Source: a virus
Direction: 5' to 3' (one strand)
Length of the DNA: 64,000 nucleotides
IMG/VR virus record: IMGVR_UViG_3300005098_000017
Location: 1 to 64,000 of that record
Shown in pieces: positions 56,995-64,000 of this stretch; the first letter of the stretch is position 1; each line of letters opens with the position of its first letter. A model generated the notes under the pieces. It did no database searches. It saw nothing but the letters and a program-made list of their open reading frames with translations, and had not been told where the DNA came from. The translations under genes were made by a program, and so were the position numbers.

Positions 56995-57024
56995 AAGCCG
57001 GCCGCTTTTGAGGCCGGTTTTTTT
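56995..57024 (+). terminator. intrinsic terminator
   Basis: AAGCCGGCC/GGCCGGTTT hairpin plus T-run. Confidence 0.75.
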
Positions 57025-57245
57025 ATTTTCTCTTATAAGTACTATCTAAGTAACTATGTGATCAGTCTACTGACACATGGCAGACTTGGGGTTAGTGAAA
57101 AATGGACCTCTTGTAGCTTGTTTGTGACTATGTGGGTTGGTGGAACATTCTCATCCGTATGCACCATGGTTAGCGAAAGTGTTAAGGTTGGTGCATGTGA
57201 TTGAGAGTGTTGTTGGTAGGTATTAGTCCGTTGATATATAATATA

Positions 57246-57340
57246 ATGGGTAGCCCATGGGAAATATATCTTAACTGTGGGCTGCCTTTATGACAATTTG
57301 GACACCAGTGGGCTGCCCTTTTTTAAGTGTGTGGGCTAAC
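57246..57340 (-). CRISPR. CRISPR-like micro-array: repeat GGCAGCCCAC (2 exact copies + 2 variants), spacers 13/21/21 nt
   Basis: Repeat copies at 57331-40, 57308-17, 57277-86 and 57246-55; the first is the 3' end of the omegaRNA-like scaffold. Confidence 0.5.
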
Positions 57341-57465
57341 CGTAAGGCTTCCTGTTTCAGCGAGGGGTGGCTAGGCTTGTGTGAAGCCCCGCCAGAGCCC
57401 TCTCCGCAGGCGTAAGTTCGGGCCGCCCCGGCCCTACCACCCGTGAGGTGGGTGAGCCCGTTTTA
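57331..57465 (-). ncRNA. TnpB omegaRNA-like scaffold, detached from tnpB
   Basis: GTAGGGCCGGGGCGGCCCGAACTTACGCCTGCGGAGA..CGCTGAAACAGGAAGCC..TAG..CAC is the pattern of IS605-group tnpB 3' ends; one frame reads VGPGRPELTPAE, like TnpB C-terminal tails. Confidence 0.75.
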
Positions 57466-57569
57466 TCTGTTTTAATACTCATATTCCTTAACATGGCAAG
57501 CAAGATCTTTGACTTATTTAGTGACTTGATCGATTTACTTGTCTGTCCCTTATTATCCACATTAACTTA

Positions 57570-57722
57570 TTAATCCTCTCTCAGAGATAAGAGGATAGAT
57601 CCCAACAACACTCCTGCGATACCACATAGGGCAACAAACCAGTTATTTACCTGGCAAGCGGTTATCGAGCTTATAATCCCAGAAGCATACATCATATAAC
57701 CAATGAATCTACCTTTGTTCAT
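57570..57722 (-). CDS. small membrane protein (50 aa)
   Basis: GGAGGT RBS; two hydrophobic segments. Confidence 0.6.
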   Translation of the reverse strand: MNKGRFIGYMMYASGIISSITACQVNNWFVALCGIAGVLLGSILLSLRED

Positions 57723-57905
57723 AGGTTACCTCCCCATATTAATTCTTTAAAGCTTTAATCTTTTCACTTTATACATTCTTTAAAGCCTTTTGAATGGGTT
57801 TTGACCAACGCCCTACCCAATTTCAAAGAGCATAGTATTATCAATAGCCTGATAAAATACTGGTATTGAAAGATGCCCTATACCCGTACTTCCAAATCTA
57901 CATGA

Positions 57906-58136
57906 TTATGTGTCGTTGCTATAGGCATCATTATTATTGTGATTAATAGGTTTGATGCCTAGTGTCCACTGGGCACCGCATTCACATATTAGTGTCATCC
58001 TTTTATACCCTTGCGTATCGGATGCTGTGAATACGATGGACACCGATTGGCCGTCTTTTAGGTTCCATCCTTCTATTATGTTTGTTTTACCGCATACGGG
58101 GCATGTGAAGAAGCCCGCCCATTTTTGTTCCTTCAT
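57906..58136 (-). CDS. Zn-ribbon protein
   Basis: CPVCG..CECG. Confidence 0.65.
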   Translation of the reverse strand: MKEQKWAGFFTCPVCGKTNIIEGWNLKDGQSVSIVFTASDTQGYKRMTLICECGAQWTLGIKPINHNNNDAYSNDT

Positions 58137-58528
58137 TTTATCTCCTTATTATTTTTATCGTTGAAATATGTTTTTCTAAATTCCTCTAGGATAGGTTCAT
58201 CACCTGTACCATAGAGGACGGCGTGCATCCATTCAGTTACCTGATCTGCTGTATGGTGTGGAAATACATCCTTCATGCATCCGAAGTATTTTTGCCAGTT
58301 GGTTGGTTTAGGTTTTTTATGTTCTTTTATAGTCCATTTTTTGGTAGCTGTGGCGGATCCGTAGGTTGTGAGGATGAGGCCTATAATTATTATTATTATG
58401 GTGTATGTAGTGGGATTATTGGTGTAGTGGTGGAGGAGGAAGCCGGCCGCAGTGGTAAGTAGGCCCCAGAATCGTTTGCTCCTCCAGAAGGGTTTGGTGT
58501 TATTATTGTTATTATCGTGTGTGTTCAT
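58133..58528 (-). CDS. membrane protein, possibly holin-like
   Basis: KPFWRSKRFWG followed by two TM segments. Confidence 0.55.
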   Translation of the reverse strand: MNTHDNNNNNTKPFWRSKRFWGLLTTAAGFLLHHYTNNPTTYTIIIIIIGLILTTYGSATATKKWTIKEHKKPKPTNWQKYFGCMKDVFPHHTADQVTEWMHAVLYGTGDEPILEEFRKTYFNDKNNKEIK

Positions 58529-59756
58529 TTTGGGTCTCCTTTATGTTATGAAGCCCGCGCTTCAGTATATTAATACTTGCATTATAATCTCTATCGAGGG
58601 TTGCACCACAGAACGGGCATTTATGTATACGATCGTGGAGTGCCTTAGGTACCTTATGTCCACATGAGGAGCATGTCTGCGTAGTATATGCTGGGTTAAC
58701 CTTGATGACTTGTGAGCCGTGAAGCCGCGCCTTGTAGGATGTTAGATTGATAAGTGTGTTCCATCCTGCGTCGTAGATGTATTTAGAGAGGTGAAGCCGG
58801 CGGCGCTTGCTTACAAGATCATGTATTTTTATATCCTCGAATATAATAACATCATAGTTAGTAGCGAGCTGATGTGAGATATGATGGAGGAAGCCGCGCC
58901 GCATGTTAGCTAATCGTTCATGAAGTCTGGCTAGTTTACGCCTCTGTTTCATATAATTAGCACTCCCTCGCTGCTTGCGCGAGAGCTGTTTTTGTACACG
59001 CTTTATACGTTTTTCGAGTTTGGAGATGAAGCGCGGGTTAGATACAATATTACCATCACTTGATACGATGAGATTCGTAAGCCCGAGATCTATACCGATG
59101 ACGCGCTGCTTACTATTAATATCGGTAACGATAGTAGTGTCATTATTATTGGGTACTTCAACTGTTACATATGCATACCATCTACCACTGGGATGTCTCT
59201 TTATAGTAACATTTTTGGCTTTAGTCCATTCGATAGGTCGGTGAAGGCGGATTTTTAAGCCGCCGAGTTTGGGTAAATGAATATATGCGAACTTATCATT
59301 CAGTTTCTCAAATTTAATGACAGGATACCCATCCGGATAGTTTTTATGAGTCATCCAAACTTGTGGATATGTAAGTGATAAGTATTGATCAGGGTTTTTG
59401 GGTTTAGGCGGACTTATATGTCCTTCTTTATTCCTGATGGCTACAAAGAAACGCTTATATGCCCAGTCAATCTTATCAATTATAGCCTTTAAGACACCTG
59501 AATAAACGAGCCTTAAGGCAGGTTCCTCTCTTTTAAATGCGGTTAGGTTACGTTGCCTCTCAAATTTTGTAGGGGTTCTATGTTCTTCATCCCATATACG
59601 TCTGTATTCATTTATTTCGTAATTATAGAACCAGCAGAGGATGGACAGCCAGTTTTCTAGTTTATATTCCTGTAGTGTTGTTGGATAGGCTCTGAATTTG
59701 TAGGTGAGGTAGGAAGCCGCCGCCTTATCAGTATTTTTTGATCCTTGTTTATTCAT
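58512..59756 (-). CDS. tnpB: TnpB (IS200/IS605-family RNA-guided nuclease), solo
   Basis: YKFRAYPT N-terminus; RuvC IGIDLG / FED / DRDYNA; Zn finger CSSC..CPFC; no tnpA in the window. Confidence 0.95.
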   Translation of the reverse strand: MNKQGSKNTDKAAASYLTYKFRAYPTTLQEYKLENWLSILCWFYNYEINEYRRIWDEEHRTPTKFERQRNLTAFKREEPALRLVYSGVLKAIIDKIDWAYKRFFVAIRNKEGHISPPKPKNPDQYLSLTYPQVWMTHKNYPDGYPVIKFEKLNDKFAYIHLPKLGGLKIRLHRPIEWTKAKNVTIKRHPSGRWYAYVTVEVPNNNDTTIVTDINSKQRVIGIDLGLTNLIVSSDGNIVSNPRFISKLEKRIKRVQKQLSRKQRGSANYMKQRRKLARLHERLANMRRGFLHHISHQLATNYDVIIFEDIKIHDLVSKRRRLHLSKYIYDAGWNTLINLTSYKARLHGSQVIKVNPAYTTQTCSSCGHKVPKALHDRIHKCPFCGATLDRDYNASINILKRGLHNIKETQNEHTR

Positions 59757-60095
59757 TTCATTATGTTACCATATAATGGAACATTTTATATTGGATATGT
59801 TACACTATGGTATAACATCTCTCTCCTCTGTCTCTATGGACATATTGATCATATCTATTATGTCCTCAGGTAGGGAGTGAAGAATCTCTCTGAACTCGTC
59901 CTCACCATCGAATACATAAACAGATAAGCGCCCGCATTTTTCATAGTCACCACACGGATGAATGCGTCTTATATCCCATGCGACCTTATCTTTTGATGTT
60001 ATCACCTTTATGTTGAACTCAGCATTGACTATCGTTGACTCTCCCTTCCATATGTTAACGCAAGGATTAACGCAATAGTTAACGCATAGGTACAT

Positions 60096-60548
60096 TCATG
60101 CATCTCCAAACCGTTGCATCAACCGTTCCATGCTTTTTCTAAAGAGCTTCACCGATGCGTACAATAGATTGGCAGCAATAGCAAGATAAAGCACACCTAT
60201 AGGAGGCTTTGAGAGGAACGGTACGACACTTGATACAATAAATGCAATACTCATGTTAGCAGCAAACTGATGATAACGAAAATAATGATTCAGTATTCCT
60301 TCGTAGACACTAACATCATCACTTGATAGATTTTCAAATGTTATGTGAGTTTTTGATGAAATACCACATATGAAATTATAACGAATCGTATCAATAATAA
60401 GCCCCAGCATGAAGGATGATACAGCAAATGCACATGCCCATAAGCCCCACGGTATAGTTGGACCAAAAAGTCCTATCTTATATATATGGAGAAGAAGGAA
60501 GAAGCCCGGCAGAAAATGAGCAATAAAAACACCATATAAGAAACTCAT
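60096..60548 (-). CDS. multi-pass membrane protein
   Basis: About four hydrophobic segments; RBS. Confidence 0.7.
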   Translation of the reverse strand: MSFLYGVFIAHFLPGFFLLLHIYKIGLFGPTIPWGLWACAFAVSSFMLGLIIDTIRYNFICGISSKTHITFENLSSDDVSVYEGILNHYFRYHQFAANMSIAFIVSSVVPFLSKPPIGVLYLAIAANLLYASVKLFRKSMERLMQRFGDA

Positions 60549-60574
60549 TAAGGTCCCTCCTTATTTTGATAACC

Positions 60575-61117
60575 TTAGAATAAACTGAATCCTACATAAA
60601 GATCCCAACCACGATCAAATGATTCATTAGAATTAACGAACTGGCTATTATCGTAGGAAGCCCCGACATAGAAGGTGGGTGATAATATAATAATGCCCTG
60701 ACAGAATGATTCAGAAAGAAGAAACGGATTCATAAGCGCCACAATGATTGATAGATCTATACCTACAGACCCAGAAAGACGCATGTTGGTGTAGTCGAAG
60801 CCGCCGCCCCTTCCGTAGCCAAGCCGGCCGCCTAAACGTATGAAGGATAACTCCTTAATAAGTGGTATATCAACATCCATTGATGCAAAAAGACCATTAC
60901 CAGATCCCTTGGGGGTTCTTATGTGTTCATACCCGAGGCCGGCGTAAAGAAGTGGATATGATTCCTCATCATGGTTGAGTAGATATTTGAAGCCCCCGCT
61001 CCAGTCCTTGTTGTAAACATTTTTGTCAATTTCAATATTGATCGGGAGAATATGAGGCAGGGCATTTGATATAGCAAGAGCAGAGAGGATTAATAAAACA
61101 GTGAATATTTTACGCAT
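60575..61117 (-). CDS. putative outer-membrane beta-barrel protein
   Basis: Signal peptide ..LAISNA|L; alternating Gly/aromatic strands; C-terminal LYVGFSLF. Confidence 0.65.
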   Translation of the reverse strand: MRKIFTVLLILSALAISNALPHILPINIEIDKNVYNKDWSGGFKYLLNHDEESYPLLYAGLGYEHIRTPKGSGNGLFASMDVDIPLIKELSFIRLGGRLGYGRGGGFDYTNMRLSGSVGIDLSIIVALMNPFLLSESFCQGIIILSPTFYVGASYDNSQFVNSNESFDRGWDLYVGFSLF

Positions 61118-61148
61118 GTTATCACCTCCTTTAATAGTATGTTACAGT

Positions 61149-61176
61149 ATTATATGTATGGTCATATTATAGTCAA
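61149..61176 (-). promoter_or_regulatory. sigma70-type promoter TTGACT-N16-TATAAT
   Basis: Upstream of the OMP gene. Confidence 0.7.
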
Positions 61177-61272
61177 GCAGAAATTTTTGGGGTAAATCGT
61201 TCTGTATATAGAACAGTTTTTGGGTAATTTTGTTCTGTAGACATTACAAAAAGACCCTAATTTTTGATGTGG

Positions 61273-61452
61273 TTATTCAGTAAGAATATCTTCTCTTTTT
61301 TCTAATACCCATTCTAATGCTTCGATTTTACCAAGGTGACTAAAATATGCAGGTAGAGAATTAAATCCTTTATCTCCAGTTATTTCCCACAGCTCACTTG
61401 CCTGCGTATTCAACTCTTCTAAAGCTATCTTAATTTCCTTTTTACTTCTCAT
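61273..61452 (-). CDS. small hypothetical protein (59 aa)
   Basis: GGGAGGT RBS; MRSKKEIK..IEALEWVL. Confidence 0.7.
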   Translation of the reverse strand: MRSKKEIKIALEELNTQASELWEITGDKGFNSLPAYFSHLGKIEALEWVLEKREDILTE

Positions 61453-61483
61453 GTTAACCTCCCTTTTTTAATAATATGCAACT

Positions 61484-61511
61484 ATTATATTGATAGATAC
61501 TGCTATGTCAA
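61484..61511 (-). promoter_or_regulatory. sigma70-type promoter TTGACA-N16-TATAAT
   Basis: Consensus hexamers. Confidence 0.75.
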
Positions 61512-61536
61512 GTCCAAAATGAAGCCGGCAGGACTC

Positions 61537-61647
61537 AAATAAAACCCGCCGTGCCAATCCTAGATCCTTATAGGCCTAGGGGGACGGCGGGGAGTTTAAT
61601 TTATACGGTGCGAAGCGGCGCGCCTTACGGACCCATACCTCGCACCA
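61537..61647 (-). ncRNA. putative ~110-nt sRNA
   Basis: Own promoter; two GC hairpins, the second followed by TTTTATTT; no ORF. Confidence 0.6.
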
Positions 61648-61652
61648 TCTAT

Positions 61653-61680
61653 AATATACCACGATAATAAATCATGTCAA
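61653..61680 (-). promoter_or_regulatory. sigma70-type promoter TTGACA-N16-TATATT (TGn extended -10)
   Basis: Directly upstream of the sRNA. Confidence 0.7.
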
Positions 61681-61846
61681 GAAATTAATCATACAGTAGG
61701 GATAATCAGTCAACCATACTGATCAAATAGTAGGGATAATTCATCAAGTTGACGGATATGTTGACGATAAAGTTGACGGAACCAACTATTCTGGAAGGTG
61801 CTGATGGTATGATAAGAGAAGCAAACCCAACCAATGGAGACCCCAG

Positions 61847-62779
61847 ATGAGCAAAAAACACAAGAATGGCCGTTCATTCTATTCCATCACAATCCCAACA
61901 TCTCTTAAGGTCAACTGGGACATTATGTCTAGGTTCATTGAAGATGAGTTCAACATAGTACTTAAGATTGAGGATGATACACTATACTTATCGGGACGTA
62001 ACAAGAAACTTATGAAGGAGGTTGGTAATGTCATTATAGAACTATCCTTATCAGGAGTTACGTATAAGAGCGTCGAGGAACTGGCGGCTATATGGGGAGA
62101 TTATCTAAGCGCGCGCCATATAATAACATATGATAAAGCCGGCCGGCCTATAACGCCTCTATCAGAGAACCAGAAGCACTTTATCAAAGCTGTACAGGAA
62201 AATGATATTACGTTTGTAATAGGCCCCGCCGGAACTGGTAAGACATATCTTGCTGTTGCACAGGCTGTGGGGATGTTAAGAAGCCGCCAGATAAACAAGA
62301 TTGTAATAACGAGGCCTCTCGTTGAGGTTAATGAGAAGTTGGGGTTCCTGCCAGGGGATATAAAGAACAAGGTAATGCCATTCCTTATACCAATATATGA
62401 TGTACTTGGGGAACTCTTCACCAAAAGTGAGCTTGAAAATTTAGAGAAGAATGGTGTTATCGAAATTATTCCTATTGCATTCATGCGTGGGAGGACTATA
62501 AAAAACAGCATCGTTATTGCTGATGAGGCACAAAACCTTACGATTTCACAGATGAAAATGTTGCTTACTAGGATTGGGTTAGGTACTAAATATATCATTA
62601 TAGGAGATGTAACACAGAGTGACATACATAATGGTAAAAAGAATGGGCTTCTTTATGTTGTTGAGCGCATAAAGAGGGCGGGAAGCCGTGGCTTCGGCAT
62701 CGTTAAAATGACAGATGCCGACATAAGACGGCACCCTATTATAACAGAGGTGCTCAAATTGTTTGATAATTTGACTTGA
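61847..62779 (+). CDS. phoH: PhoH-family ATPase
   Basis: GPAGTGKT, ITRP, LGFLPGD, FMRGRT, DEAQN, GDVTQSD. Confidence 0.96.
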   Translation: MSKKHKNGRSFYSITIPTSLKVNWDIMSRFIEDEFNIVLKIEDDTLYLSGRNKKLMKEVGNVIIELSLSGVTYKSVEELAAIWGDYLSARHIITYDKAGRPITPLSENQKHFIKAVQENDITFVIGPAGTGKTYLAVAQAVGMLRSRQINKIVITRPLVEVNEKLGFLPGDIKNKVMPFLIPIYDVLGELFTKSELENLEKNGVIEIIPIAFMRGRTIKNSIVIADEAQNLTISQMKMLLTRIGLGTKYIIIGDVTQSDIHNGKKNGLLYVVERIKRAGSRGFGIVKMTDADIRRHPIITEVLKLFDNLT

Positions 62780-62803
62780 CATATATCAATATATCTATAT
62801 ACT
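62776..62803 (+). promoter_or_regulatory. sigma70-type promoter TTGACA-N16-TATACT
   Basis: Ends 9 nt before the HNH ATG, implying a near-leaderless mRNA. Confidence 0.65.
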
Positions 62804-62812
62804 AACAGTCAT

Positions 62813-63316
62813 ATGTGGATAGAAAATAAATATCCATATAAAGATTATAGGGTTTATGGTATCTACGAAACTCATGAAGGGCGTCAGTTTGTTATAGTTA
62901 TATCACCACAAGGTAAGAGAACAACAGTATCATATGCGAAATATCTTATAGAAATTAAATATGGTAGAAAGCTTGCCCCTGATGAAACAGTCCATCATAT
63001 TGATGGAAATCCAAAGAATAATGATTATAGCAATCTACAAGTTATAACAAGGTCAGAGCATGCAAAACGGGATGTACATCGTTTAAAGCCAAAAACTTTC
63101 AGATGCCCTATGTGTGGAAAAACATTTAGTTTATCTGGCAAGAAATTACATGATGCAATACTGAACCGAAAATACGGTCGGGCGGGACCATTCTGTTCTA
63201 AGAAATGTGCTGGTAGATATAGCCGTTTAGTACAACTTAAACGCATATTACCATTACCTGTTAAACGTATTAAAGCTGAATATTACAAACTATCTGAACA
63301 TCCACCATCCAAATAA
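62813..63316 (+). CDS. HNH endonuclease with Zn finger
   Basis: VHHIDGNPKNNDYSNL; CPMC..FCSKKC. Confidence 0.9.
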   Translation: MWIENKYPYKDYRVYGIYETHEGRQFVIVISPQGKRTTVSYAKYLIEIKYGRKLAPDETVHHIDGNPKNNDYSNLQVITRSEHAKRDVHRLKPKTFRCPMCGKTFSLSGKKLHDAILNRKYGRAGPFCSKKCAGRYSRLVQLKRILPLPVKRIKAEYYKLSEHPPSK

Positions 63317-63997
63317 GAGAAAGACTCCAAGAATAACCAATATGAAAATCAATAATCCACCACAAATACAAAATATAATATCTGATACGCCATTAAACGG
63401 TAAAAACCACTGCACATATGGAGGTATAAATAAAAGACAGAGGAAACCAATAAGGCCCGCTAACAAAAGAATGAAGATTAATTTAATAATAGACATTTTG
63501 CATTAACCTTTGTGTCAACTTTTGCGTCAACTACTCACTAGCACGTAATTCACTTGGATATTCCTCCTCCACACGGAATATATCCATGATTGGATACTTA
63601 AGTACTTTCTCTTTCCTCAATAGACAGTAAAACCCTGCTTTCACATATGTCTGTGAGACATTTTCATAAACGATCGGATATGATGTACCTTTTAACCACA
63701 GTACAACCTTCATAAATACCTCCTTCACAATATAAATTGTTTCATAATTACATTCTTTGGTACATGTATAATATAAAGTCCGATACGAGGCTGCCCTATA
63801 GCTATAACTTTCCACCGAGGGAAGCGGGGCTTCTTCTTATATATCTCAACACTACCATGATATGTACTATCCTCCATTATAATAGCTTTATCAGCAGGGA
63901 TCTGAACCAATTGGAAATGATCATTATTTTTCCTATAAGCTATGTAAACCAAATTCCCATTAGTATTACCGGTACCCAAAAGAAACTTACCTTTCAT
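63290..63997 (-). other. three small hypothetical genes (63290..63496 membrane; 63531..63713; 63725..>63997)
   Basis: ORFs with RBS; the last may be truncated by the window edge. Confidence 0.55.
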
Positions 63998-64000
63998 GCC

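Noticed and set aside
57357-57560. 67-aa ORF from the track
   Set aside because: No RBS; overlaps the omegaRNA scaffold and its promoter; treated as a vestigial tnpB-tail frame
58512-59756. Intact IS605/IS1341 mobile element
   Set aside because: No tnpA and no terminal hairpins next to the gene; the 3' end overlaps a phage gene
56700-61578. 13-nt identity CCTTATAGGCCTA between 56700-56712 and the sRNA loop at 61566-61578
   Set aside because: Many 13-mer matches are expected by chance in 64 kb, and there is no further support
1-64000. Canonical CRISPR-Cas, DGR/retron, tRNA, rRNA, capsid or terminase genes
   Set aside because: No 25-40 nt repeat array, cas1/2, reverse transcriptase, cloverleaf or head-packaging motifs recognised by eye; the viral identity rests on gene content and organisation

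Overview
64 kb of a large, AT-rich dsDNA bacteriophage-like genome. The host is probably a diderm bacterium: strong AAGGAGGT RBSs, sigma70-type promoters, an outer-membrane beta-barrel gene and PhoH. 1-6.5 kb (+): large exported, Cys-rich, D-S/T-rich proteins, including a fibre-like one. 6.5-61.5 kb (almost all -): replication/repair genes (PolB, degenerate RecA-like protein, Hjc-like resolvase, DNA methyltransferase, nucleoside deoxyribosyltransferase, SSB-like protein, LigD-PE/ATP-ligase fusion, RNase HI), a MoxR-VWA pair, an orphan HicB, roughly 90 small hypothetical genes and a single-subunit two-barrel (YonO/RdRP-like) RNA polymerase. The most unusual signals are non-coding. (1) A solo TnpB whose omegaRNA-like scaffold lies about 1.05 kb downstream, followed by a 10-nt-repeat micro-array (proto-CRISPR-like). 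(2) Five HDV/CPEB3-like ribozyme folds with non-canonical core pairs. (3) Nine H-type pseudoknots in gene leaders. (4) About 14 copies of a GTCAAT-N4-TGG putative phage-RNAP promoter. (5) A genome-wide iterated motif, AAGC+[GC]n, embedded in coding DNA. (6) Iteron-like repeats at a strand-skew switch near 40.8 kb. All calls come from reading the sequence by eye; no searches were run.
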